NCBI GenBank assembly: GCA_963796965.1
Contig: CAWCNS010000005.1
Location: 416,001-480,000, forward strand
Length of the DNA stretch: 64,000 nucleotides
Direction of reading: 5' to 3'
Source: Calditrichia bacterium
GTDB lineage: Bacteria; Calditrichota; Calditrichia; JAJRVZ01
Shown: piece after piece, positions 44,310-53,921 of the stretch
Numbering within the stretch: position 1 is the stretch's first letter
Layout of the letters: the number at the start of each line of letters is the position of its first letter
Made by a program: the position numbers and the translations under genes
Notes under the pieces: model-generated
What the model was told of the DNA's origin: nothing
Seen by the model: only the letters and a program-made list of their open reading frames with translations
The model's database searches: none

Positions 44310-44383
44310 TACGCCTGCCAGGAGTCGAACCCGGAACCTTTTGGTCCGTAGCCAAACGCTCTATCCAATTGAGCTACAGGCGC
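44310..44383 (-). tRNA. tRNA-Arg (anticodon ACG), CCA not encoded
   Basis: GCGCCTGTAGCTCAATTGGATAGAGCGTTTGGCTACGGACCAAAAGGTTCCGGGTTCGACTCCTGGCAGGCGTA; canonical D and T loops. Confidence 0.95.
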
Positions 44384-44533
44384 ATGCATTAAGTATATAA
44401 TATTAATGAAGTTAAGGTTATTGTGTTCCTAAGCGGTTTCTGTCATATTCCTTAATATTACTACCATTAAATATATATCGTCAGAATTTAATCAGTAGAT
44501 AGAGTTGAATCAAATATTTATTATACCTTGCAG

Positions 44534-44802
44534 TCAATACTTCGAGACACATACCGCCAGCACCTGCACCTCTGCCTTTCCCATGAATCCACCAGGAATA
44601 TTCGAATAGTCACCGCCTGTCATATTTCCGACTCCCTGACCTCCCATCCCAATAAATCGGATTGTAATCCGGTGACTTGGTGAAATTTCCACCAGACCGG
44701 TCTAATACTGAGGCAGGGATTAAATAAGGGATTCCCATAACACCAGTTAACGGTAGAGGTTGTTCTTTTTACAAAATGATGGCGAGTCATAGATTTCTTC
44801 AT
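44534..44802 (-). pseudogene. Truncated N-terminal remnant of a Tat-exported Gfo/Idh/MocA oxidoreductase
   Basis: MKKSMTRHHFVK (degenerate Tat), GIPYLIPASVL, PSHRITIRFIGMGGQG...EVQVLAVC, then a stop with no downstream continuation before the tRNA region. Confidence 0.65.
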
Positions 44803-45869
44803 CGAAGAATTTTACCTTTTAGTTCTATCGTTATTGGATTCAGAAATGTATCCCACCTTGCCCAGGCGCCGTTTTCATCCTGGTAAGCATAGGATATAAA
44901 ATTATTTTCTTTCTGATCAATATGACCATCAGGCGTTCCGCTGATACCCGCATTATGACAACCCATCTGTATCCCGTTTTTTAACTTATGTGGTTTGCTG
45001 AAATGAATACCATCCCTGGATTCTCTGTAAATAATGTATCCGGCGGGGGTAAAACGTTCAGCGGTTGCAATCGCAATAAATTTTCCAAAATCATCAATAT
45101 ATTTGACATCGGCAGAATCTTCCCTTTTTTCACGATTGTATGCCACGCCCTTTAATTTTATCTTGGAAGGCCAGTTTTCAGGATCTGCCGGAGCAATCGC
45201 TACACGGGTTTGTTCAATTGCCTGTTTATCCATTGACAGATCGGACCAGGTATAGTATATGTATAATGAATCATCCTTCAAGACAAAGCTTGGTTCGCCC
45301 GCTCCCCAGGCCTCCTTCGATCCGGTGAATTCGATGATTGGTTTTGGTATCCCCCCCCAACGTTGGCCAGTCCATTTTTCAAATGGGCCGGTTGGAAGCA
45401 CTGAACGGGCTACAAAAACAGCATTACCTTTCCCCTGCTTATCGTAAACGGCTGTCACGCCAAGATAATAATAGCCACCAAATTTTATGACACCGGGGTC
45501 ACAAACCGACATCCTGTCCGGAGAATTTGGCGTTGGTTGCAAAACAATGACCTCTTCTCCCCACGATTTGCCACCGTCAACTGAACGTCTGTGACGTATC
45601 CAGTCCCATTGTTCAGGAATGCCAGTAGAAGCAAACCACATATCAATACTTTTATCAGGATTAATGATAATCGATGGACCGTAGCGATAACTTGCCTCTT
45701 CTACATGCTTATATATCATCCAGCCTGGAGAAGCCTTTAAAGTGATTGTCTGAGCCCCCGAATCTGCACTGCTTAGCATGATCAATATGATGCCAAGTAT
45801 GATTAGCCTTGATGATAAAAAACGCCTTCGTCCCAAATTTGATTGTCTTTTGTCTGCGGTACGTATCAT
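44799..45869 (-). CDS. Exported five-bladed beta-propeller glycoside hydrolase (GH43/32/117/130-like clan)
   Basis: Signal peptide; 'YRYGPSII', 'SVCDPGVIK', 'WGAGEPS', 'DSADVKY', 'SRDGIHF'. Confidence 0.7.
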   Translation of the reverse strand: MIRTADKRQSNLGRRRFLSSRLIILGIILIMLSSADSGAQTITLKASPGWMIYKHVEEASYRYGPSIIINPDKSIDMWFASTGIPEQWDWIRHRRSVDGGKSWGEEVIVLQPTPNSPDRMSVCDPGVIKFGGYYYLGVTAVYDKQGKGNAVFVARSVLPTGPFEKWTGQRWGGIPKPIIEFTGSKEAWGAGEPSFVLKDDSLYIYYTWSDLSMDKQAIEQTRVAIAPADPENWPSKIKLKGVAYNREKREDSADVKYIDDFGKFIAIATAERFTPAGYIIYRESRDGIHFSKPHKLKNGIQMGCHNAGISGTPDGHIDQKENNFISYAYQDENGAWARWDTFLNPITIELKGKILR

Positions 45870-46099
45870 GTTTTAATTCCAATCTTCGTATGTCAAATAT
45901 TTCAATTCATTATCTACCAATTACTTTACTTAAAACTTCCTTACGGATCAATTTACAATTTGAGTTTATATTGAAGTAGTATTAAAAGGCTAATAGAAGT
46001 ATCCATAATTATGTTTCAACATAAATTAGAACTCTTTTTTTAAATACAATATAAAGTAATATTTTAGAAATGGTTTATATTTTGTATATTTTTAATCGA

Positions 46100-46362
46100 A
46101 TCGGTATGAGATTTGATAAGGGATATGGGATTTGTTATTCGATCTAATATCTGGATTGGGCATTAATAATTTGACATTGATTGGAAATTGAGATTTTGAT
46201 ATTGGTAATTGATCCGGGATGCGGGATACCGGATATGAGATTTGGGATACGTGATGCGTGATATGGGATATGGGATACAGGTCAAATCGTGGAAGATTTG
46301 ATCCCGATATGCCGCAAGTCGAAGAACCCGTTCTACGGGGGATAGAGGCTTTTTAATCGGGA
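46100..46362. repeat. Degenerate 7-bp (TGGGATA-type) tandem tract ending in a reverse-oriented TCAAATC/CCCGAT hairpin module (46282-46362)
   Basis: CGGGATG CGGGATA CCGGATA TGAGATT TGGGATA CGTGATG CGTGATA TGGGATA TGGGATA, then TCAAATCGTGGAAGATTTGA-TCCCGAT...ATCGGGA. Confidence 0.8.
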
Positions 46363-46451
46363 AAAATTGAATATTGAAGTTATTGATTTCTGTCTTCCTA
46401 TCAAATACTATTTTACTATACGCACAGCTTATAAATTAAAGGAATACGGCC

Positions 46452-47666
46452 ATGCTTATTAACCGAAAAAAGTTTTTAAAATATCTGGCTGCCTCATTTT
46501 TTGGTCTTCAGGGACGAGGTTTTGGCCGGATTCTGCCCACAGGCGACAACAACAACCAGATGGAATATGGATGGACGACCTGTCTTACCTATGAAACAAA
46601 TGACCGCCGGCTTTCCTTCGACTATTACAATAATCTACTAGAAGAAATAGCTGCCAATGGTATGACCCGCTTAATTGTCATGATGGCCAGTCATGGCTAC
46701 TTTTCCCCAAAAAATCATGGCATAGCCTGGCCCGTACGTAATCAAAAACTTACCTACCAAATAGACAAAAAGGCCGTTAATGCCCAGGAAGAAACCGAGT
46801 TTTTTTCCAAAATCATTACACGGGCCAAAGAATTGAATATAAAAATACTGATCGAGATTAAATATCTGGGCATGATTGGTGTTGAAAAGGGCTATCCCGG
46901 TGTTGAGTTTTTGCGGACGAAAGAAGGCAATATTATCCACACCATTCGCCCGGAAGCAAGTGATTATGAACGTAGGGCCATTGAATGTCTTCATCTCTGC
47001 TGTGACAGCCCCCAGGCACATCTCTACATGCGCGATAAGATTTCTGATGTATTGACCCGCTATCAAAACCTCGATGGAATCGTGTTAGAACATCCCTCTT
47101 ACTCGGGGGATACCTGCTATTGCCAACATTCCCGCGAGAGAATAATGAAGGATACCGGGCGAGATATCGACAATCTTTCTCGTGATGAATTGCTGGAGTG
47201 GAAAAGCCATAGAATAAGAGAAACACTTATCGATTTAAAGAAATTGGTTAAGTCCATCAATCCGCAATTTGAATACGCTTTTTATAGTGGTTTCTCCCCC
47301 TCCGATTCTAACATTGCCGCCTTTCAGCAGAACAGGGGTCATGACACCAAAGCCCTGAACGAAGTAGGTCTGGACTTTGTGATGCCTTATTGTGAGGGAC
47401 GTCATAAGGAGTTTGAAACAGTGGAAATTGAAAGGGTGATTGACTATCTGGCACCGCTGGATTTTTATTTACACACCACAATCCGAAGAGACGCACCGCA
47501 TAACTATAAACTGCCCCCAAAAGGGCCGGACTATGTTAAAAATATTATCCGCTGGGGTAAAGAGTACCATAAGAAAAACAACCGCTTTAAGGGTATGATA
47601 TTTTTTAATGAAGTCAAAATCCCTCAAGAAAACAGGGATGCTGTCTATCAGTCAATCAAAGTGTGA
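46452..47666 (+). CDS. Putative TIM-barrel glycoside-hydrolase-like protein (GHL10/GH42-like) with a Tat-like leader
   Basis: NRKKFLK leader; 'LDGIVLEHP', 'CYCQ', 'LDFVMPYC'; glycan-gene neighbourhood. Confidence 0.5.
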   Translation: MLINRKKFLKYLAASFFGLQGRGFGRILPTGDNNNQMEYGWTTCLTYETNDRRLSFDYYNNLLEEIAANGMTRLIVMMASHGYFSPKNHGIAWPVRNQKLTYQIDKKAVNAQEETEFFSKIITRAKELNIKILIEIKYLGMIGVEKGYPGVEFLRTKEGNIIHTIRPEASDYERRAIECLHLCCDSPQAHLYMRDKISDVLTRYQNLDGIVLEHPSYSGDTCYCQHSRERIMKDTGRDIDNLSRDELLEWKSHRIRETLIDLKKLVKSINPQFEYAFYSGFSPSDSNIAAFQQNRGHDTKALNEVGLDFVMPYCEGRHKEFETVEIERVIDYLAPLDFYLHTTIRRDAPHNYKLPPKGPDYVKNIIRWGKEYHKKNNRFKGMIFFNEVKIPQENRDAVYQSIKV

Positions 47667-47857
47667 ATGAATCGGACAGTTTTTACCTGGTCACTTATAT
47701 TCGATCAAAAGTGAGATTTTCTCATTTTGGCTGATTTATTTACCTATATTCTCTCTAACCATTCACAATAACATGATTATTATCCCTACAACCACAAGCA
47801 AGGACTCACTATTCTTTGCGATTATAAGATGAGTGACAATAAGAAAGGATGTACATA

Positions 47858-47971
47858 ATGGGAGACAAAGGCGGTAAGAAAGATAAGAGCAAGACAGAGA
47901 AACAAAAGAAAGTGAAACAAGATCAAGAGAAAAAAAGAAAATCAGATAAGGCACCGAAAAGAGCCCAGTAA
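47858..47971 (+). CDS. Small Lys-rich basic protein (37 aa), absent from the ORF track
   Basis: SD AAAGGA upstream; MGDKGGKKDKSKTEKQKKVKQDQEKKRKSDKAPKRAQ*. Confidence 0.6.
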   Translation: MGDKGGKKDKSKTEKQKKVKQDQEKKRKSDKAPKRAQ

Positions 47972-48198
47972 CCGAGAGAAAGATTCAAATAGATTTGGGC
48001 TACAAATCCTGATAATACTCGAATCCCAAATCCCAATCAACTTGCTTCAGAATTTGATCTGCTAACAATTAATCCATTTTCAATCCTAATAATCCTATCT
48101 ACATACTTTTTGAGACGTAAATCATGACTTGCGACCAAAACGCATTTGCCCTGCGAGCGGGCGAGGGAATGTAAGAGATGAATAATATCAATTCCCTG

Positions 48199-49378
48199 CT
48201 ATTTATCCAGATCAATTTTCACGGTATATACTTGCGCGGATCCGGTTTTATCGGTGCTGAAGAGTACATATCGGCCATTGGGGCTAAAATGAGGATGGGG
48301 GTGGGATGCCTGCCCTTGCCAACTGGAATCATGACGAAAAAGCGGTTGCGTTTTTGCAATATTACGATCCTCAATGGTCATAAGCGTCAGCACCATGCCG
48401 TCATAAACATCCACAACCCAATGTTTAAGATCCTTAAACATCTGCGAATGGGAATATAATACCGGCGCTTCCATCATATAATTATCACTGCCGTCCGGCT
48501 TACAGCTTCCCAGAAATTGTTTTCCATTATTGGGCCCGTATTTATAGCGGGCTGAATAGCCGATCCGGGATCCATCCGGGAAACCAGAATTCATGGGTAC
48601 GATGGATGCCAAATTCCTGAGGTCCAACCGGACCCCCATCTGTCCCATCAATATTGATCCACCAGATACGCATGGGTGTCTTACCTCGGATTCCCGGATA
48701 ATTCCCCTCCCGGTAAAGATGCTGCCAACAATAAGAAATTAGATTGGGATCCGTCGGGCTGGCCTGTAGGTGTCCAATGACAAATCCATAATCCGGCGAG
48801 ATTTGAATCTTTTCCCCCGTTTGGGTATTTAACTTATAAATAATATAGGGTCCCAGGGGCTCAACCTGGTCTTTGGTCCTCGATTTTTTGGATTCATCGA
48901 CAGCGATGACAATCCATTGCCCATCACAGGTCACTGTAAATGAACGTGGTCTCGAATCCAAGTCAGAGATTTCCCTTGATTCATAGGATTTGGTATTTAA
49001 TGCTTTAATGGTATTCCCAGCCACGTACCAGATGGTCTTATGCTGGGGCCAATGCCAGATATGAGATCCCAAATTGATTTCATCTGTCATTTGAACCATA
49101 TCTCCCGTTTCGAGATCCAGTTTGAAGAGGTTTGTAGAACCGCTTCTCTCGGAAAATATGATGGCATGGGTTTCATCAATAAATGATTCAATATTAAAAT
49201 ACACATGCCAGCTGAGGGATTCATCATTCGTCCATTGGGTTATTTCATAGCCAAATTCCGGATCAACCCAGGTTTTCTTTTCACCCGGCCAGACTTTTCC
49301 CACATCTGATGCGGCACTTCCATTAATTAATCCCAATAAAACAAATATAGTGATAGTAATATTTGATTTTTTAAACAT
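48199..49378 (-). CDS. Oligogalacturonate-lyase (PL22)/TolB-like beta-propeller protein with a signal peptide; one frameshift near 48580
   Basis: 'DPEFGYEITQWT', 'GHLQASPTDP', 'THEFW', 'HPHPHFSPNGRYVLFSTD'. Confidence 0.75.
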
Positions 49379-49584
49379 TCGCGATGTCCTTCGATTTAAA
49401 TATGTTTTCCATTATTCCATTGTCAGAAAGGTCTATAAAATAAAACAAACAATAAAATCTTTCCTAATTTAATATAAGTTAATACGAAAAAGAATTCTAT
49501 AAATTTACGTGGGTCTTATTGAGGATAATGTGCATCGCTATTGCTAAATAACGTAGCGTTCACGTACCAAAGATGATATAAAAT

Positions 49585-49609
49585 AAAAAACGCCGCGATC
49601 GTTGCGGCG
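49585..49609 (-). terminator. Intrinsic terminator of the signalling operon
   Basis: Minus strand CGCCGC-AACGATC-GCGGCG-TTTTTT about 25 bp after the kinase stop. Confidence 0.75.
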
Positions 49610-49634
49610 CTGCGTGAATAAGATGCTTAAACTA

Positions 49635-52463
49635 TTAGTTTTCTAAAATATATCTGATTTTTTTAGAGATCTCTTTGATCGAGAAAGGCTTTTGCAGAAA
49701 ATTTATACCCTGATCAAGCCGTCCACTTCTCACGATATGATTATCTGTATAACCGGAAGTGAAAAGGATCTTAATTCCGGGAACAAATTTCACAATTTCC
49801 TCCGCTAACTCCTTTCCTCCCATTTCTGGCATTATAACATCTGTAATAAGCAAATCCAGTTTCAATTTATTTCGTCTAACTATTTCAAGAGCTTCCAGAC
49901 CATTACATGCTTCAAAAGTGTTATATTGTAAAGTTTTTAGGGTTCGATTCATAAATTTCCGTACTTCATCGTCATCTTCAACAAATAAGATAGTCTCTTC
50001 GCCCCGAGCCATTTCTTCACTCGGTTCATCTTTGTATTCTGCAACAATATCGAGATCTGTCGTTGGCCAGTAAATTTTGAAAGTCGATCCTTTATTTGGT
50101 TCGCTATAGACATATATATTACCATTATTCTGTTTAACTATGCCATAAACAGTAGATAGACCCAGTCCTGTCCCTTTTCCGTTAGATTTGGTCGTATAGA
50201 AAGGCTCAAAAATCTTGCTGATTGTTTCATCCTTCATTCCGGAACCGGTATCACTCACAGCGATCAACAAATAATCACCGACTTTTACTTCGGGATGATT
50301 GACGATGTAATTAAAATCGAGATATATTTGTTTGGTTTCAATGGTTATTTTTTTATCTTGAGTTTTGATATCAATCTGATTAATGGCATCACGTGCATTA
50401 ATAACCAAATTGACCAATATTTGTTCGATTTGACCTGGATCCGCTTTTATGTGATCAATATCTCCGGAAAGTATGGTTTTAAGATTGATATCTTCACCAA
50501 TCAACCTCCGCATCATTTTTTCTAAATTAATAATGACTTTATTGATGTTGATTACATGTGGTTCAATAATCTGCTTCCGACTAAAGGCAAGTAGTTGGCG
50601 CGTTAAATCCTCGGCTCTCTCAATTCCCCGGCTGATTCCTGATATTTCATTCGTTCCGACAGAGTTTTCTGGCATTTTCATCAAAGCAAGGTCGGAGTAG
50701 CCTCTAAGTGCGGTTAATATATTATTAAAATCGTGAGCAATGCCACCAGCGAGCATACCGATAGAATCCATTTTTTGAGATTGAAATAATTGTTGTTCTA
50801 ATTTACGTTTTTTTGTTATATCTCTGATGATACCCTGATAAACTAGTATTTTTCCGCTTTTATCTCTCAATGCCGTAGCCGTCTCAACGGCAATTAAGTT
50901 TTTACCATCTTTAGTTTTTAATTTGAATTCAAATTCTGTTATATGACCATCCCTATCGATGATGGTACGGAATTTTTGTCGGTCTTCCGGATTTGCATAG
51001 AGATCTTTAGCGATATTGATCTTAAGTATTTCTTCTTTTGAGGAATATCCAAATAAATCCAAACCGGCAGGATTCATATCAATAAAATTTCCTTCTGGTG
51101 TACTAATAAATACCACATCTCTTGATTTTTCGAAAAGGGTCTGGTACTGTTTCTCAGATTGTTGAAGTAATTCCTCTGTATTTTTTCTTTCATAAGCCAA
51201 GACAAGAAGATCACCAACAATTTTCAATAAGGATATTTTTTCTTTGGACCATTTCACCTTATCTTTCATGGAATCAAATCCAATAAATCCAACCAGGTTA
51301 TTTTTTGACATTAACGGCATTATTATAATTGATTTTATTCCTGCTGACGCTATCATATTTCTGTCATTATGAGCATTTTTGGGAAAATCATCGACATCTT
51401 CTATAATAACTGGTTTCTGATCTTCTAATTGAGTCATTGTCCATGACAAATCCAGTGGTGTAAATGTATCAATGAAATTAGAGTTCTCATTTTCCCATTT
51501 GTGGAAAAGCTCAAAAGAGGGCTGATCTTTAAGACTATTACTTTTATATAGATATAAATAGCTGCAACAAACCTGTGCAAATTCACCAATCGCTTTTACA
51601 GTATTTTTCATGCCATCTTCAAGTTCTTTAAATTGAAGATGTATAAATTGAGTGGACAGTGTTGTGATCAGCTGTTCTGAGTCCACTCTTCGTCTGAGTG
51701 CTTCTTCTGTAATTATTTGCTCACTTATTTTATTAATTAATTCTTCATTTACCGTTACTAATTGTGTCGTTCTCTCCTCGACCCGCAATTCTAAATTCTG
51801 TCGAGCTGCATCAACCTTCTTTTTCTCTTCTTCAAGCAATCTGGTTTGTAAGAAATCTCTTCGTGAGTAGAATTCTATTGAATACCCGGCAATCATACCA
51901 ATAAAATTGCCACTCAGAAAAAAGAAGTTATTACTGATCAATATTTCGATTGGCGTATTTGTTAAGAATATTGCTGCAAATTCATATGATATAACAATAG
52001 CCCATCCGGCAAATGTTGCCCAAATAAATCGAAGTTTAAAAAAGGTATACCCGTAAAGAAAAACAAGAATTAATCCCGCATAGTAGGAATAGTTACTTGG
52101 ATAGGGTGCGATTAGGATCATCGCAATGATACCTATTCCAGCAAAAAGTACCACAGAATAGATGCTTAATTGCATGTATTTCTTAAAATACTCTGTGTAT
52201 GAAAATATATAAATAAGAATGACATAAGGACAAAATAATGCGAAACGGATAAACCACAGATCATCTCTTACTTCCGGGACAATCCAGTGATCCAGGACGC
52301 CAAATACCGAGTAGATGAAAATTGCCAATAAAAGACTAAGCCTGACATGGCGTATTGATTTAGTATAAAAAAGGTTCAGATATTCTTTTTCAAGCACACC
52401 GGAAAATGCTAACGTAAAAATATTACCTTCTATGTGTGTGTTTTCAGAAGAAAGGATTTTCAT
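49635..52463 (-). CDS. Hybrid sensor histidine kinase: 6TM sensor - GAF - PAS - HisKA/HATPase - REC
   Basis: H-box GIAHDFNNIL; N-box NLVINARDA; DTGSGM; IFEPFYTTK; GTGLGL; REC 'LLITDVIMPEMGG'. Confidence 0.93.
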   Translation of the reverse strand: MKILSSENTHIEGNIFTLAFSGVLEKEYLNLFYTKSIRHVRLSLLLAIFIYSVFGVLDHWIVPEVRDDLWFIRFALFCPYVILIYIFSYTEYFKKYMQLSIYSVVLFAGIGIIAMILIAPYPSNYSYYAGLILVFLYGYTFFKLRFIWATFAGWAIVISYEFAAIFLTNTPIEILISNNFFFLSGNFIGMIAGYSIEFYSRRDFLQTRLLEEEKKKVDAARQNLELRVEERTTQLVTVNEELINKISEQIITEEALRRRVDSEQLITTLSTQFIHLQFKELEDGMKNTVKAIGEFAQVCCSYLYLYKSNSLKDQPSFELFHKWENENSNFIDTFTPLDLSWTMTQLEDQKPVIIEDVDDFPKNAHNDRNMIASAGIKSIIIMPLMSKNNLVGFIGFDSMKDKVKWSKEKISLLKIVGDLLVLAYERKNTEELLQQSEKQYQTLFEKSRDVVFISTPEGNFIDMNPAGLDLFGYSSKEEILKINIAKDLYANPEDRQKFRTIIDRDGHITEFEFKLKTKDGKNLIAVETATALRDKSGKILVYQGIIRDITKKRKLEQQLFQSQKMDSIGMLAGGIAHDFNNILTALRGYSDLALMKMPENSVGTNEISGISRGIERAEDLTRQLLAFSRKQIIEPHVININKVIINLEKMMRRLIGEDINLKTILSGDIDHIKADPGQIEQILVNLVINARDAINQIDIKTQDKKITIETKQIYLDFNYIVNHPEVKVGDYLLIAVSDTGSGMKDETISKIFEPFYTTKSNGKGTGLGLSTVYGIVKQNNGNIYVYSEPNKGSTFKIYWPTTDLDIVAEYKDEPSEEMARGEETILFVEDDDEVRKFMNRTLKTLQYNTFEACNGLEALEIVRRNKLKLDLLITDVIMPEMGGKELAEEIVKFVPGIKILFTSGYTDNHIVRSGRLDQGINFLQKPFSIKEISKKIRYILEN

Positions 52464-52495
52464 CTCTTAACTTTTGATAAAATTAAAACTATTTG

Positions 52496-53875
52496 TTATT
52501 TAATGGGCAACTTTTTAACAATGAGTATGGTCATATCATCCAGTTGCTCTTCCTGAAAAGTATTTACTTCTCTAACTATTTTATCTAGTATTTTATTTGT
52601 GGGTAGATCTGCATATTGATCGAGCATTTGTTCCAGGCGTATTTGACCAAACATCTCCCCTTTTTTATTTGTTGCTTCTGTGATACCATCTGAAAAAAGC
52701 ATGATGATATCCCCTTCGCTGATCGGGACAGTATTATCTTTCTGAAAATTTCCTATTCTTTCAGCGATACCTAGCCAGGTTCCCTCAGTGGTCACAATTT
52801 CAGTATTATTTACTCCAGCACGATAAACGATTAAATCCTGATGTTTTCCTGCAAAGGTCATATCCACATCTGTAAATTTTAAGGCCATCATGGTCATATA
52901 ATGATCGGATCCCAATCTTGAGATATTTTCCCGGATGACCGTATTAATTGAACAAAGAATGTCTGAAGGTTTTGAATTCCCCGGATTATTTACCGTGGAT
53001 AAAACGCTTGTTTGTGCCATCATCATAATTAATCCCGAATCGACACCATGTCCTGAAACATCGCCAATCGTAATCCATCTATCACCCTTGCTTGTCTCTA
53101 TCACATCATAATAATCGCCGCCCACTTCTTTGGCAGGGATCATTTTTGCTGCAACTTCGTACCCACTTATTTTTTCTTCATTGGGTAATAATGCTGTCTG
53201 GATTCTTTTTGCCAATTCCATCTCGCTCCAGATAGCATCTCTGGCTTTACGCAATTCCACCATCAGCATGAATTCTTTTTTAACAAGTTTGTGCTTAACA
53301 TAATTAATGCTAACAGCCATTATCGCTGTTGCCGTCATGAAGAAAAGATTGTTTATTAAGATAGAAGGACTATAATCCTTCGCGGCAATAAAATTAAAAA
53401 GCAAATACATGGAGATAACCATCAAACTATTTATCGTCGAGTGGATCACTCTCCACGGTATCAATAAAATTACGCCTATAATAACCAGGTTTAAACCTGC
53501 ATAATAACTGGAATTAAATCCCCCCAAATCGATCGTCATTAAAGCAATGATACCGCCGACGTTTATGGCAATAAAATATCCGTGAAAGTATGATAAATTG
53601 CTCGGTTTGGTATTGCGGATAATAAAAAATTGTATAACAACAATAATTGTAGAAATAAGACGATAGACGCCGAATTTTGGTAACAATTCAGGTGGCATTA
53701 AGAAATAATCAAGAAAGAAAAACATCGGCACCAGAATATAGGCAAGAGTCGTAAGGGTTTTTAACCATTCATGGATGATACTATTCAAGTACAGGTCAAA
53801 ATCTTGCTCTTCATAGTTAAATGGCTCGTCTGTATTCCAGTTTTTTAAAGATGTTATATTTTTATTTCGCTTCAT
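52496..53875 (-). CDS. 6TM-sensor PP2C/SpoIIE-type phosphatase (SiaA-like)
   Basis: VGGDYYD, DVSGHG, FSDGITEA, DDMT; six hydrophobic helices in the N-terminal half. Confidence 0.9.
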   Translation of the reverse strand: MKRNKNITSLKNWNTDEPFNYEEQDFDLYLNSIIHEWLKTLTTLAYILVPMFFFLDYFLMPPELLPKFGVYRLISTIIVVIQFFIIRNTKPSNLSYFHGYFIAINVGGIIALMTIDLGGFNSSYYAGLNLVIIGVILLIPWRVIHSTINSLMVISMYLLFNFIAAKDYSPSILINNLFFMTATAIMAVSINYVKHKLVKKEFMLMVELRKARDAIWSEMELAKRIQTALLPNEEKISGYEVAAKMIPAKEVGGDYYDVIETSKGDRWITIGDVSGHGVDSGLIMMMAQTSVLSTVNNPGNSKPSDILCSINTVIRENISRLGSDHYMTMMALKFTDVDMTFAGKHQDLIVYRAGVNNTEIVTTEGTWLGIAERIGNFQKDNTVPISEGDIIMLFSDGITEATNKKGEMFGQIRLEQMLDQYADLPTNKILDKIVREVNTFQEEQLDDMTILIVKKLPIK

Positions 53876-53921
53876 GTTCTACATTCGCTTAAAATTCAAT
53901 TCTAAATTCGTGTATTCAGAC

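Noticed and set aside
47763..47954. 63-aa hydrophobic minus-strand ORF
   Set aside because: Antisense shadow of the A-rich plus-strand Lys-rich ORF, which has the SD.
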